Source: a virus. From it: 64,000 bases of DNA. The translations under genes and the position numbers were made by a program. The stretch covers positions 1-64,000 of the IMG/VR virus record IMGVR_UViG_3300027659_003120. One strand, 5' to 3'. Below are positions 31,460 through 41,467 of this stretch, in pieces. The notes beneath the pieces were generated by a model, which saw only the letters and a program-made list of their open reading frames with translations, had not been told where the DNA came from and made no database searches. Within the stretch, counting starts at the first letter, position 1. Every line of letters begins with the position of its first letter.

Positions 31460-32461
31460 ATGTTAAATAATTCTCATTTTTATAATAGAACAATACGAAA
31501 AGTTGTAGTAGGGTTTGGTACAATATTCAATGATATATTATTGGTTCGTTATAATAGAGCAGGAACTGTAGAGCATGAAAGAATTCGTGTGCCGCTTACA
31601 TACAGCCCTAAAGAAAAATTTATTACTAGACTTACATCAGACCCAGATTTAACAAAATCTATAGCCACTTATGTACCAAGAATATCTTTTGATTTGGTTG
31701 GTCTAGCTTACGATTCTTCAAGAAAATTTAACACAATAAATAAAAACTTCTCTGTCAACACTGTTTCCGGTGCAGCAAGTTCTCAATATGCTCCAGTTCC
31801 GTATAATTTTGATTTTAATTTATCAATTTATGTCCGAAATACTGAAGATGGCACACAAATTTTAGAACAAATATTGCCGTATTTTACGCCAGATTTTACT
31901 GTAACATTAGATTACATTTCAACTTTGGGGCGAAAATATGATATGCCAGTTATACTCAATAGTGTAACTCCAGAAATAGAGTATGAAGGAGATATGTCCA
32001 GCACTAGAATTGTTATCTGGAACTTGACATTCACTGCTAAGGCTTATATTTTTCCTCCTGTAAATACTGCAGGATTAATTAAGCAAGCTAACACTAACAT
32101 ATTTACAGATACCAGAAGCACTCTATCACAAAAAGTTTATGTAGATTATGCAAACGGTTCTGGTGTTTTAGTTACTGGTGAAGGGTTTAGAGATATCGCA
32201 AATACGAAAACCGGAACTATTGTTTATTTTGCTAATAATAGTTTAGGAATTTTAGTAGTTTCTGACATGAATGAGTTACTAGAAGAAAATGATGTTATTG
32301 TTGGAGATTATTCTAATGCTAGATATACGATAGACACTGTTGATATGAATCCACTAAGGACTGTAGCAATAATAACAGTACCAGACCCAATCACCGCAAA
32401 CGCATCTTCTAATTATTCATATACAGAAACAATTACTGAATTTCCAAATTCTCTAACATGA
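31460..32461 (+). CDS. gp15: Tail sheath stabiliser/terminator gp15
   Basis: FYNRTIRKVVVGFGTIFNDI; QILEQILPYF.P. Confidence 0.9.
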   Translation: MLNNSHFYNRTIRKVVVGFGTIFNDILLVRYNRAGTVEHERIRVPLTYSPKEKFITRLTSDPDLTKSIATYVPRISFDLVGLAYDSSRKFNTINKNFSVNTVSGAASSQYAPVPYNFDFNLSIYVRNTEDGTQILEQILPYFTPDFTVTLDYISTLGRKYDMPVILNSVTPEIEYEGDMSSTRIVIWNLTFTAKAYIFPPVNTAGLIKQANTNIFTDTRSTLSQKVYVDYANGSGVLVTGEGFRDIANTKTGTIVYFANNSLGILVVSDMNELLEENDVIVGDYSNARYTIDTVDMNPLRTVAIITVPDPITANASSNYSYTETITEFPNSLT

Positions 32462-32844
32462 AAAAATTAAATGAAAATCTATCTAATATTTTCGGAGTCC
32501 GTCCATTAGAGGAAGGAGAGTCTTCTTTAGTTGAAATTATACCATCTGAAGTTGATTCTGATTTTGAATTTGCTAGAAATAACATTAGATTATTAGCAGA
32601 AAAAGGACAAGTTGCTGTAGACCATATTATTCAAGTAGCAAAAGCAACAGACCATCCTAGAGCTTATGAAGTTGTTGCAACTCTTATCAAAAGTATGTCT
32701 GAGGTAAACAAAGATTTGATTGAACTACAAAAAAGAAAAAAAGATTTATCACCAATTAAAGAACCAACTATTGTGAATGTAGAGAAGGCAGTGTTCGTTG
32801 GCTCTACACGAGAATTAATTAATCAAATTAAACAGGTACAGTAA
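32458..32844 (+). CDS. gp16: Terminase small subunit gp16
   Basis: DFEFARNN, HPRAYEV, VFVGST. Confidence 0.9.
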   Translation: MKKLNENLSNIFGVRPLEEGESSLVEIIPSEVDSDFEFARNNIRLLAEKGQVAVDHIIQVAKATDHPRAYEVVATLIKSMSEVNKDLIELQKRKKDLSPIKEPTIVNVEKAVFVGSTRELINQIKQVQ

Positions 32845-32845
32845 A

Positions 32846-33283
32846 ATGGAAGAACTCATTCAACAATTAAAGGTAATATTAGCTACGAACTTTGCTTTAT
32901 ATTTAAAGACACATAATTATCATTGGAACATAGAAGGTTCAAATTTTCCTCAATATCATACATTTTTAGATGTTCTGTATAATGCAATATTCCTTCAAAA
33001 TGATCCTATAGCAGAACACATTAGGTATCTTGATGCATATGCACCAGGTTCGTTTACTAGATTTCAAGAGCTATCTACTGTTAAAGACCAATACTTAATA
33101 CCAACCCCCAATAAGATGTTTGAAGAATTAAAAGAGGATAATGAAAAATACATCATAGAATTGAGGGCTGGCATTGAATTAGCAGACGATGCAGACGAGC
33201 CTGCAATTGGAAATTTTCTACAAGAGTTGTTAGGCGCACACCAAAAACATTCTTGGATGTTAAGAAGCATTCTTAAATCATGA
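32846..33283 (+). CDS. dps: Dps-like ferritin family protein
   Basis: HNYHWNIEG..F..H; D.IAE ferroxidase residues; KHSWML. Confidence 0.85.
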   Translation: MEELIQQLKVILATNFALYLKTHNYHWNIEGSNFPQYHTFLDVLYNAIFLQNDPIAEHIRYLDAYAPGSFTRFQELSTVKDQYLIPTPNKMFEELKEDNEKYIIELRAGIELADDADEPAIGNFLQELLGAHQKHSWMLRSILKS

Positions 33284-34911
33284 TAGATGGTTATTTAGGT
33301 AATTCAAAACTAAAAAAACCTGGCATAGAAATAGAATATTCCCAGGAACAATTAATTGAAATTACAAAGTGCATTAAAGACCCAGTACATTTTATTAAAA
33401 ACTATGTAAAGATTGTCAATGTAGACAGAGGTTTGATTTCATTTGATATGTGGCCATTTCAAGAAGAAATGATTCGTGGATTTCATAGTAATCGGTTCTC
33501 AATATGTAAAATGCCTCGGCAGATTGGAAAAACTACTACATCAGCAAGTTATATGCTTTGGTGTATATTATTTTCAGATGATTATAAGATAGCCATCTTA
33601 GCGAATAAAGGTGATTTGGCAAGAGAGATTTTAGGAAGAATAAAGTATGCTTACGAATATTTACCTATTTGGTTACAACAAGGTATTATTGAATGGAACA
33701 AAGGAAACATTATTCTTGAAAATGGTTCCATGATATCAGCATATGCTACAAGCGCAAGTGGTGTCCGTGGAGGTACTTATAATTTAGTTTTTCTTGATGA
33801 ATTTGCTTTCGTTCCGCACAATATGGCACAAGAATTTTTTACGTCCACCTATCCGGTAATCTCTTCTGGTAAAAGCACAAAGGTTATTATAGTATCAACT
33901 CCTCATGGATTAAATCAATTTTACAAGATGTGGATAGATGCGGTTGAGCAAAGGTCTACTTACATACCTTTTGAGGTACACTGGTCTATGGTGCCAGGGC
34001 GTGATGAAAAATGGAAAGAAGAAACGATTAGAAACACAAGCGAAGAGCAATTTAGGCAGGAATTTGAATGCGAATTTTTAGGTTCTTCGGCTACATTGAT
34101 ACCGGGTTCTAAATTAAAATCTCTTGTTTTTAGTAAGCCACTATCGTCAAAAGAAGGTATTGATATATACGAAGAACCAAAATCTGGGCATACTTATATC
34201 GCTATTGTAGATTCGGCCGAAGGAGTTGCGAGAGATTATTCGGTGGTTTCAATAGTTGATGTAACAGAGATACCTTATAGACATGTTGCTAAGTACCGGG
34301 ATAATAAGATATCTCCTCTTATCTTTCCTACAATGGTTTATAATATTGCCAATAAATATAACCGCGCTTATATACTAGTAGAGACTAATAATATTGGTCA
34401 GCAAGTTGTTGACATTTTACATTTTGATTTGGAATATGAAAATATATTTAGAATTGAAAGCCATGAGATAAAAGGACAACACATTTCAAGTGGGTTTAAA
34501 AAAGGCGCAGCTTATGGGGTTAAAACTTCCAAAACAGTAAAAAAGATTGGTTGCGCTAATTTAAAGACATTGATTGAGAGCGATAAGCTTTCTACTCCAG
34601 ATTTTGACACTATCGCCGAACTAAATACATTCGTGAGGAATAAAGATTCTTATGCCGCAGAAGAAGGCAATAATGATGATATTGTAATGACTTTGGTACT
34701 TTTTTCATGGCTAACAGCACAAAGTTATTTTAAAGAAATCACAAATTCCGATGTTAGACAGAAATTGTTGGACGAAAGAAACATTCAAATGGATGAAGAA
34801 ATGTTGCCTATGGGTATTTTGAATGACGGGCTGGAAGAACAAAAACACTTTGATGGCGAAGACCTCTGGACTTTAACTAAGAACAGAGGGTATTTTTCGT
34901 CAACTTTATAA
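33280..34911 (+). CDS. gp17: Terminase large subunit gp17
   Basis: PRQIGKTT Walker A, FLDEFAF Walker B, STPHG, DDIVM. Confidence 0.95.
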   Translation: MIDGYLGNSKLKKPGIEIEYSQEQLIEITKCIKDPVHFIKNYVKIVNVDRGLISFDMWPFQEEMIRGFHSNRFSICKMPRQIGKTTTSASYMLWCILFSDDYKIAILANKGDLAREILGRIKYAYEYLPIWLQQGIIEWNKGNIILENGSMISAYATSASGVRGGTYNLVFLDEFAFVPHNMAQEFFTSTYPVISSGKSTKVIIVSTPHGLNQFYKMWIDAVEQRSTYIPFEVHWSMVPGRDEKWKEETIRNTSEEQFRQEFECEFLGSSATLIPGSKLKSLVFSKPLSSKEGIDIYEEPKSGHTYIAIVDSAEGVARDYSVVSIVDVTEIPYRHVAKYRDNKISPLIFPTMVYNIANKYNRAYILVETNNIGQQVVDILHFDLEYENIFRIESHEIKGQHISSGFKKGAAYGVKTSKTVKKIGCANLKTLIESDKLSTPDFDTIAELNTFVRNKDSYAAEEGNNDDIVMTLVLFSWLTAQSYFKEITNSDVRQKLLDERNIQMDEEMLPMGILNDGLEEQKHFDGEDLWTLTKNRGYFSSTL

Positions 34912-34914
34912 AAT

Positions 34915-34929
34915 CATAAATAGATAATA
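34915..34929 (+). promoter_or_regulatory. Late promoter-like element upstream of gp18
   Basis: CATAAATAGATAATA; core also found at 29549 and 38932. Confidence 0.65.
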
Positions 34930-34966
34930 CAATTTAGTTCTATAATAATAAAAAGGAGAACACAAA

Positions 34967-36649
34967 ATGGCTTTCCAATTATCACCAGGTGTTAATGTCT
35001 CTGAAATTGACTTGACAACAGTGGTTCCTTCTGTTGCAACTACAATAGGAGGTTTAACCGGCGAATTTTTATGGGGACCGGCTAACGAAATCACTATCAT
35101 TAACAATGAAGTACAACTTGCAGAAAGATTTGGTAAACCTGATGCAAATACTGCTCAGACTTTTTTTACCGCAGCTAACTTTCTTTCTTATGGTTCGGAT
35201 TTAAGAGTTGTTCGTTCTGTTGGCGCTAACGCTAAAAATGCTACTGCAAATAGTTCAGCAAACACAGTATTAATTGAAAACAATACTGATTATGAACAAA
35301 ATCATTCATCAAATACTACAACAAGTTTTCATGCAAAATGGGCTGGAGCTTTAGGAAATTCTATCAAAGTTTCTATGGCCGATTCCCTATCAAATACTAC
35401 TTTATATTCAGCTTGGACTTACTCTGGAGAGTTTGATTCTATACCAGCAACTTCAACTTTTGCTTCACGTACAAGTTCTGCTAATGATGAAATGCATATT
35501 ATAGTTTTAGATGTTACAGGTAAACTATCAGGCACAGCTGGAACAATTCTAGAAAAATTTGCATTCGTTTCTAAAGCATCTGATGCTAAAAATCCAGACG
35601 GTTCTTCTAATTACTATGTAGATGTAATAAATTCTCGGTCAAAATATTTATGGTGGGGTGGGCATCTTGCAGCCAATTGGGGAACATCTTCTGCTGCTAC
35701 AGTCAATTATGCAAATATGACGGCAAACACCACTGCAACATTATCGGGTGGAATAGACGTAACACCTACAGCAGGTAATATTAACACTTCCTCAGATAAA
35801 TTTGCTAATCCAGATGCTGTAGATGTTTCATTAATAATGGCTGGACCTACTACTGGAACAACAATTCCTAATTATTTAATTGCTTTAGCTGAAAGTCGTA
35901 AAGATTGTGTAGTTTTTGTTTCTCCGCCAAAGAGTGATGTTGTATATGCTGGCGCTGGAGCAGAAGTCACAAACATAACAACAACAGCAGGAACATACAC
36001 TAAATCTAGTTTTGCAGTTATGGATACAGGTTGGAAATATCAATTTGATAAGTATAATGATGTTTATCGTTGGGTACCTCTAAACGGTGATATTGCTGGA
36101 CTATGCGCTAGAACAGACAATGAAAGAGACCCATGGTTTTCACCTGCTGGATTAAATAGAGGTGTAATTAAAAATGTTGTTAAACTTGCGTGGAATCCAA
36201 CAAAAGCTGAACGGGATACTTTATATAAACTAGGCGTTAATCCTGTTGTTACTTTTCCTGGTGAAGGCACTATTCTATATGGTGATAAAACACTATTGAA
36301 TAAACCAAGTGCATTTGATAGAATAAATGTTAGAAGATTGTTCATCGTATTAGAAAAATCTATTGCTAAAGCAGCAAGGTCTTCTTTGTTTGAATTCAAT
36401 GATGAATTTACAAGAGCATCTTTCATTAATCTTGTAGAACCATTTTTGCGAGATGTGCAGGGTCGCAGAGGAATATATGATTTCCGTGTTGTATGTGATA
36501 CAACAAATAACACAGGAGAAATTATTGACAAGAATCAATTTGTTGGTGACATATACATTAAACCGGCACGGTCTATCAATTACATTCAACTGAATTTCGT
36601 TGCAGTAAGAACTGGCGTAGCATTTGAAGAAATTGTTGGAAAATTTTAA
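34967..36649 (+). CDS. gp18: Tail sheath protein gp18
   Basis: LSPGVNVSEIDLT; PWFSPAG.NRG; FDRINVRRLF. Confidence 0.97.
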   Translation: MAFQLSPGVNVSEIDLTTVVPSVATTIGGLTGEFLWGPANEITIINNEVQLAERFGKPDANTAQTFFTAANFLSYGSDLRVVRSVGANAKNATANSSANTVLIENNTDYEQNHSSNTTTSFHAKWAGALGNSIKVSMADSLSNTTLYSAWTYSGEFDSIPATSTFASRTSSANDEMHIIVLDVTGKLSGTAGTILEKFAFVSKASDAKNPDGSSNYYVDVINSRSKYLWWGGHLAANWGTSSAATVNYANMTANTTATLSGGIDVTPTAGNINTSSDKFANPDAVDVSLIMAGPTTGTTIPNYLIALAESRKDCVVFVSPPKSDVVYAGAGAEVTNITTTAGTYTKSSFAVMDTGWKYQFDKYNDVYRWVPLNGDIAGLCARTDNERDPWFSPAGLNRGVIKNVVKLAWNPTKAERDTLYKLGVNPVVTFPGEGTILYGDKTLLNKPSAFDRINVRRLFIVLEKSIAKAARSSLFEFNDEFTRASFINLVEPFLRDVQGRRGIYDFRVVCDTTNNTGEIIDKNQFVGDIYIKPARSINYIQLNFVAVRTGVAFEEIVGKF

Positions 36650-36677
36650 TAAATATAGAGAGATAGGAGAAAAATAA

Positions 36678-37223
36678 ATGGCATTTAACATTAACGAATT
36701 CCGCTCTCAGATGCAGGGAGATGGAGCAAGACCAAATTTATTTGAAGTCACGCTTCCTTTTCCCGCATTCTCTTTGCCCGGAAATGCACAAACTAAATTG
36801 AGTTTTTTATGTAAAACTGCTCAATTGCCAGGTTCATCATTAGGAACAATTCCAATCCAATATTTCGGACGAGAATTAAAATTTGCTGGAAATAGGTCAT
36901 TTCAAGATTGGAGTATCACCATCATTAATGATGAAGATTTCCTTATCAGAAATGCATTTGAGCGTTGGATGAATGGTATCAATAGTCACAATCTAAATAT
37001 TCGTAACCCAATTGCGGCAACACAATTAGGATACAGTGTAGATGGTGAAGTTCGTCAATATGGAAAATCAGGTTCTGTTCTGAAGAAATACAAATTTATT
37101 GGATTATTCCCAACAGACCTCTCAGCAATTGATGTTGATTGGGGTTCTAATGATGCAATTGAAGATTTTACTGTTAACCTTACCTATCAATGGTGGGAAT
37201 CAGTAGAGGATGCAGTAGTCTAA
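36678..37223 (+). CDS. gp19: Tail tube protein gp19
   Basis: GARPNLFEV; GRELKFAG.R.F.DW; INDEDF. Confidence 0.95.
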   Translation: MAFNINEFRSQMQGDGARPNLFEVTLPFPAFSLPGNAQTKLSFLCKTAQLPGSSLGTIPIQYFGRELKFAGNRSFQDWSITIINDEDFLIRNAFERWMNGINSHNLNIRNPIAATQLGYSVDGEVRQYGKSGSVLKKYKFIGLFPTDLSAIDVDWGSNDAIEDFTVNLTYQWWESVEDAVV

Positions 37224-37227
37224 GTAG

Positions 37228-37255
37228 GAGGGGAACTCACGTTTCCCTCTTTTTT
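37228..37255 (+). terminator. Rho-independent terminator after gp19
   Basis: gaggggaac-tcac-gtttccctc followed by a T-run. Confidence 0.85.
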
Positions 37256-37275
37256 ATAATGTAAAGGAAATAACC

Positions 37276-38943
37276 TTGGCAATCAAGCTATTCGGTTTCA
37301 CATTAGGTGAAAAAGATATTGTTCAGAAACAAGCACCTGAACAATCTTCTTTTGCGCTTCCAACAGACACGTTGGATGACGGCGCAGTTACAATTACACA
37401 AAATTCTCATTACGGTACCTATGTAGATTTAGAAGGTTCCGTTCGTAATGAATTGGAATTAATTACACGCTATCGTGAAATGGCAAATCATCCAGAGTGT
37501 GATATGGCAATCACTGAAATCGTTGATGAAGCAATTAGCCATGATGATAAAGGTAAAGTTGTTGACATTAAGATGGATGACTTAAAACAACCAGAAAGTA
37601 TTAAGAAAAAAATAAGAGATGAATTTAAAAACATATTAGGTATGTTAAATTTTTCTAATTTATCAGATGATATTTTTAGACGCTGGTATGTTGACGGAAG
37701 AATTTACTTTCATATAATTGTAAATGAAAAAAATCCTAAAGAAGGTATACAAGAATTAAGATACATTGACCCACGAAAAATTAGAAAAGTTCGTGAGATA
37801 CAAAAAGGTAAAGATATCAAAACAAATGCTGATATTATTAAATCGTTAGCAGAGTATTATGTTTATAATGATAAAATTAGTTCTACAAATAACTATTCAG
37901 CTGGTTCGGCTGGGTCTGTAAATTCCGGTTTAAAAATTGCTCCTGATTCCATTATAAATGTGACTTCTGGTATGATGGATGCAAAAAATACTTTTATCAT
38001 TTCATACTTACATAAAGCAATAAAACCTTTAAATCAATTGCGTATGATTGAAGATGCAATTGTTATCTACCGAGTGTCAAGAGCACCAGAACGCAGAGTG
38101 TTTTATATAGATGTTGGCAATTTACCTAAAGGTAAAGCAGAACAATATCTACGTGATGTTATGATTAAGTATAAAAATAAAGTTGTGTATGATGCTCAAA
38201 CTGGTGAATTGCGTGATGACAGAAAACACATGTCAATGCTTGAAGATTTTTGGTTACCTCGTAGAGAAGGCGGTAAAGGCACAGAGATAACAACACTACC
38301 AGCCGGTCAAAATCTTGGTCAAATGGAAGATGTACAATACTTTCAAAAGAAATTATTACAATCATTAAATGTGCCATACTCTAGACTTGAACCTCAAGGC
38401 GGTGGATTAGTTGGATTAGGAAGAACAACCGAAGTTACACGAGATGAATTAAAATTTAATAAATTTATTGTAAAGTTGCGTAATAAATTCTCTCAAATTT
38501 TTGACCATGCACTAAAAGTACAACTGTCTTTAAAAGGTATATGTTCTCAAGAAGAATGGGAAACTTTTAAAGAAGAAATATTTTATGATTACATAAAAGA
38601 TAATAATTTTACAGAATTACGAGATGCAGAATTACTAACTCAAAGATTGCAAACATTAACACTAATAGATCCATACGTTGGCAGATATTACTCACAAGAA
38701 TGGGTAAATAAAAATGTTTTACATTTGACTGACGATGAATTAGAAGAAATGAAAAAACAAATAGATTCAGAGCCTGCGCCAGTTCAAGTTGGTCCTGACG
38801 GAAACCCAGTGGGTCAAGAACAAGCTACTCCGGAAGAATTTCCACCAGAAGATAATGTGACAGAAAAAGACACAACAGAATCCGAAACACCAGATTTAGA
38901 TAATGTTGTACAAAAGTTTAGTAGAAAATTAATAAATAGATAA
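37276..38943 (+). CDS. gp20: Portal protein gp20 (TTG start)
   Basis: RAPERRVFYIDVGNLPK.KAEQY; EDFWLPRREGGKGTEITTLP. Confidence 0.97.
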   Translation: MAIKLFGFTLGEKDIVQKQAPEQSSFALPTDTLDDGAVTITQNSHYGTYVDLEGSVRNELELITRYREMANHPECDMAITEIVDEAISHDDKGKVVDIKMDDLKQPESIKKKIRDEFKNILGMLNFSNLSDDIFRRWYVDGRIYFHIIVNEKNPKEGIQELRYIDPRKIRKVREIQKGKDIKTNADIIKSLAEYYVYNDKISSTNNYSAGSAGSVNSGLKIAPDSIINVTSGMMDAKNTFIISYLHKAIKPLNQLRMIEDAIVIYRVSRAPERRVFYIDVGNLPKGKAEQYLRDVMIKYKNKVVYDAQTGELRDDRKHMSMLEDFWLPRREGGKGTEITTLPAGQNLGQMEDVQYFQKKLLQSLNVPYSRLEPQGGGLVGLGRTTEVTRDELKFNKFIVKLRNKFSQIFDHALKVQLSLKGICSQEEWETFKEEIFYDYIKDNNFTELRDAELLTQRLQTLTLIDPYVGRYYSQEWVNKNVLHLTDDELEEMKKQIDSEPAPVQVGPDGNPVGQEQATPEEFPPEDNVTEKDTTESETPDLDNVVQKFSRKLINR

Positions 38944-38956
38944 TAAAAGGAATAAC

Positions 38957-39277
38957 ATGGACTCAAGACAATTTATAGATTTACTAGGAGCAGGAGAAAG
39001 TTCTGATGCTAAAGACGCATTAGGAGAATTGATTTCGTCTACTGCATTTGAAGCATTAAATTCTAGAAAACAAGAAATTGCTTCTACACTTTTTGGCGGA
39101 AATCAACCAGAACCTGAAATGCAAGAAGAAGCTAATGAAGTAACGCCTGAACAAGGTAAAAAAATGATGGATAGTGATGACCCTAATGTGTATAATAAAA
39201 TAAAGAAAATACCAACACCAATAGTTCCTAAGAAAAAAGTAACCGACCCAGAGCCTAATACAACAGTAACAAAATGA
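38957..39277 (+). CDS. Small acidic prohead core-like protein (gp67 position)
   Basis: Position after the portal; acidic; late-promoter-like motif at 38932. Confidence 0.5.
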   Translation: MDSRQFIDLLGAGESSDAKDALGELISSTAFEALNSRKQEIASTLFGGNQPEPEMQEEANEVTPEQGKKMMDSDDPNVYNKIKKIPTPIVPKKKVTDPEPNTTVTK

Positions 39278-39981
39278 AATTATTATCTGAGTTTAAAAAT
39301 TTAATTGAACTAGAAGAGAAACAAGATTTCTCTAAATTTGATGCACTTATTCGTGCTGGATTAGGTAATAAGGCGCAAATTCAAAGATTGCATACCATAT
39401 TAGGAAAAATGTCGGAAGAAAAACCTAATTTTTCAGTAGCAGACCGAGCAATCATTCAAAACATTTTTAATAAAATGGTGGATTTAATTACAAATAATTC
39501 ACAAATTTTTAGACAAACTCGTAAAGCAGTTTCGGAAGAAATAGAAGAGCCAGAAATTATTAGTGAAGATGTACATAAAGAGCCACCTTTTATTTTATTA
39601 CTGAAAAGAACTGCGGTAAGATTATATCCAGGTAATCTTAAAGTTGCAACATATCATAATCAAAAATTAGATAGAGATTTTGCAATACCATTTAAGACAA
39701 CTGGTGCTGGAGATATACAATCAGAGGAAGTAGTTAACGAACAAGACATAGTAGAAAATGTAATGGACACTTTACATAAAATTGTAGATGGTAAATCTGC
39801 TCAGAAAGTTAAGTTCGCTACTGGCGAAACTCGTAAAGTTGACCAATATACAGCATCTGCAATAACACAAGTACATAAAGCACTTAATCCATTAAACAAA
39901 AAGAAATTTGCAGATATGGTTCATAAATCACCTGGTCATTTTTCTAAAGCATCAGATTTTGCATTCAGTAAAGCAAAATGA
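39274..39981 (+). CDS. Hypothetical head-module protein
   Basis: ATGA-overlapped ORF inside the head operon. Confidence 0.6.
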   Translation: MKLLSEFKNLIELEEKQDFSKFDALIRAGLGNKAQIQRLHTILGKMSEEKPNFSVADRAIIQNIFNKMVDLITNNSQIFRQTRKAVSEEIEEPEIISEDVHKEPPFILLLKRTAVRLYPGNLKVATYHNQKLDRDFAIPFKTTGAGDIQSEEVVNEQDIVENVMDTLHKIVDGKSAQKVKFATGETRKVDQYTASAITQVHKALNPLNKKKFADMVHKSPGHFSKASDFAFSKAK

Positions 39982-40409
39982 ATTTTATTAATTTATTAAT
40001 TGAGCATAAATATAATGAAGCAAAAGAAATAATTTATGCTCAATTGAATGAAATTTCTTCTAAGAAATTAGAGGAAATAAAACGCACTGTAGCAGCAGAT
40101 ATATATGAAGAAGTTGAAGTTGTAGATGAGGCTAATGTTCAAACTATAGGAAGAATTTCTAAAGTAAGAAGAAGAATAAGAAGAAATAAACAAGGAAGAA
40201 TTGTACTTCAAAGAAATATAAGAAAGTCTGCAATAAAAGGTTTTAGAATTTCTGGAAATACAGTTAAGCGTATATCTGCAATATCAAGAATAAAGAAATC
40301 TAGGAAATTAAAAAAGTATTGGAACACAAAAGGAAGAGCAAAGTTAACTAGAACATTACTAAGAAGAAAAATGTCTATGCGGCGCCGAACCTCAATAGGA
40401 ATAAAATAA
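39978..40409 (+). CDS. Prohead core protein, gp68-like
   Basis: Highly basic C-terminus (RRKMSMRRR..GIK); synteny. Confidence 0.6.
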   Translation: MNFINLLIEHKYNEAKEIIYAQLNEISSKKLEEIKRTVAADIYEEVEVVDEANVQTIGRISKVRRRIRRNKQGRIVLQRNIRKSAIKGFRISGNTVKRISAISRIKKSRKLKKYWNTKGRAKLTRTLLRRKMSMRRRTSIGIK

Positions 40410-40410
40410 A

Positions 40411-40779
40411 ATGGCATTTGAAATAACAAACCAATTAAGAAGCCCTAGTATTATTAGGGTAGAAGGTGCTTCAACCGTAAATGTTAATATAAGTCAATTA
40501 TCTACAAACACTGCATTAGAAACTGTAGTGTCTGCTAATATCAAACGCATCGCTTGGTCAACCGGCGGTAGCATAGTCGTTGGTAGACATGACGCAAGTA
40601 ATACCTTAATAACTTTAGCCACATTATTTAATAGTGGGCAAATAAATTTTGATGAATTAGGTACTACTTTAGCCAATACTAATACAGGTAATGTTACAGT
40701 TACTATTAATACTAGCGGTACTGTTATATTAGAGGTGTCTAAAAATACAACTTATTCAACAGATTTGGACAGAACATAA
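40411..40779 (+). CDS. Hypothetical head-module protein
   Basis: Packed ORF before gp21. Confidence 0.6.
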   Translation: MAFEITNQLRSPSIIRVEGASTVNVNISQLSTNTALETVVSANIKRIAWSTGGSIVVGRHDASNTLITLATLFNSGQINFDELGTTLANTNTGNVTVTINTSGTVILEVSKNTTYSTDLDRT

Positions 40780-40780
40780 A

Positions 40781-41431
40781 ATGAAACTGATTACAGAAAC
40801 TATAGAAAACGTCAAATACTTATTTGAAAAAACCGAAAGTGGAAAGAAAAATCTTTTCATTGAAGGTGTATTTCTTGTTGGCGAACAAGCCAATAAAAAT
40901 CGTAGAGTATATAAAATGAATACTCTACGAGAAGAAGTTAATCGTTACACAAATGAATACATAACAACCAATCGGGCATTAGGTGAGTTAGGTCATCCAG
41001 ATACTCCATCAATTAATCTTGAGAGAGTATCACATAAAATAATTTCATTAAAAGAAAACGGAAATGTATTCATAGGAAAAGCGCAAATTTTAGAAACTCC
41101 ATATGGCAACATTGTAAAAAACTTCATTGATTCTGGTGTCAGTCTTGGTGTTTCTTCTAGAGGTATGGGTTCTTTAATTCCAGGAGAAGATGGAATTAAC
41201 ATTGTAGGCGAAGATTTTCGTTTAGCAACTGCGGCGGACATTGTTGCGGACCCATCTGCACCAGGTGCTTTTATAAATGGTATCATGGAAAACAAAGAAT
41301 GGTTATTCGTTGAAGGTCGTTTTGTAGAAATTGATATTGATAGAACGAAACGAGAGATTCAGAAAGCCCCAAGAAAAGAAGTTGAAAAAGTAGCCGCACG
41401 GCTCTTTGAAAATTTTCTATCAAAACTTTAA
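40781..41431 (+). CDS. gp21: Prohead protease gp21
   Basis: ALGELGHP; GVSSRGMGS; DIVADPSAP. Confidence 0.95.
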   Translation: MKLITETIENVKYLFEKTESGKKNLFIEGVFLVGEQANKNRRVYKMNTLREEVNRYTNEYITTNRALGELGHPDTPSINLERVSHKIISLKENGNVFIGKAQILETPYGNIVKNFIDSGVSLGVSSRGMGSLIPGEDGINIVGEDFRLATAADIVADPSAPGAFINGIMENKEWLFVEGRFVEIDIDRTKREIQKAPRKEVEKVAARLFENFLSKL

Positions 41432-41435
41432 TTTT

Positions 41436-41443
41436 TATAAATA
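41436..41443 (+). promoter_or_regulatory. T4-type late promoter
   Basis: TATAAATA upstream of gp22. Confidence 0.8.
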
Positions 41444-41467
41444 AATATACACAAAAGGAGATTCCTA

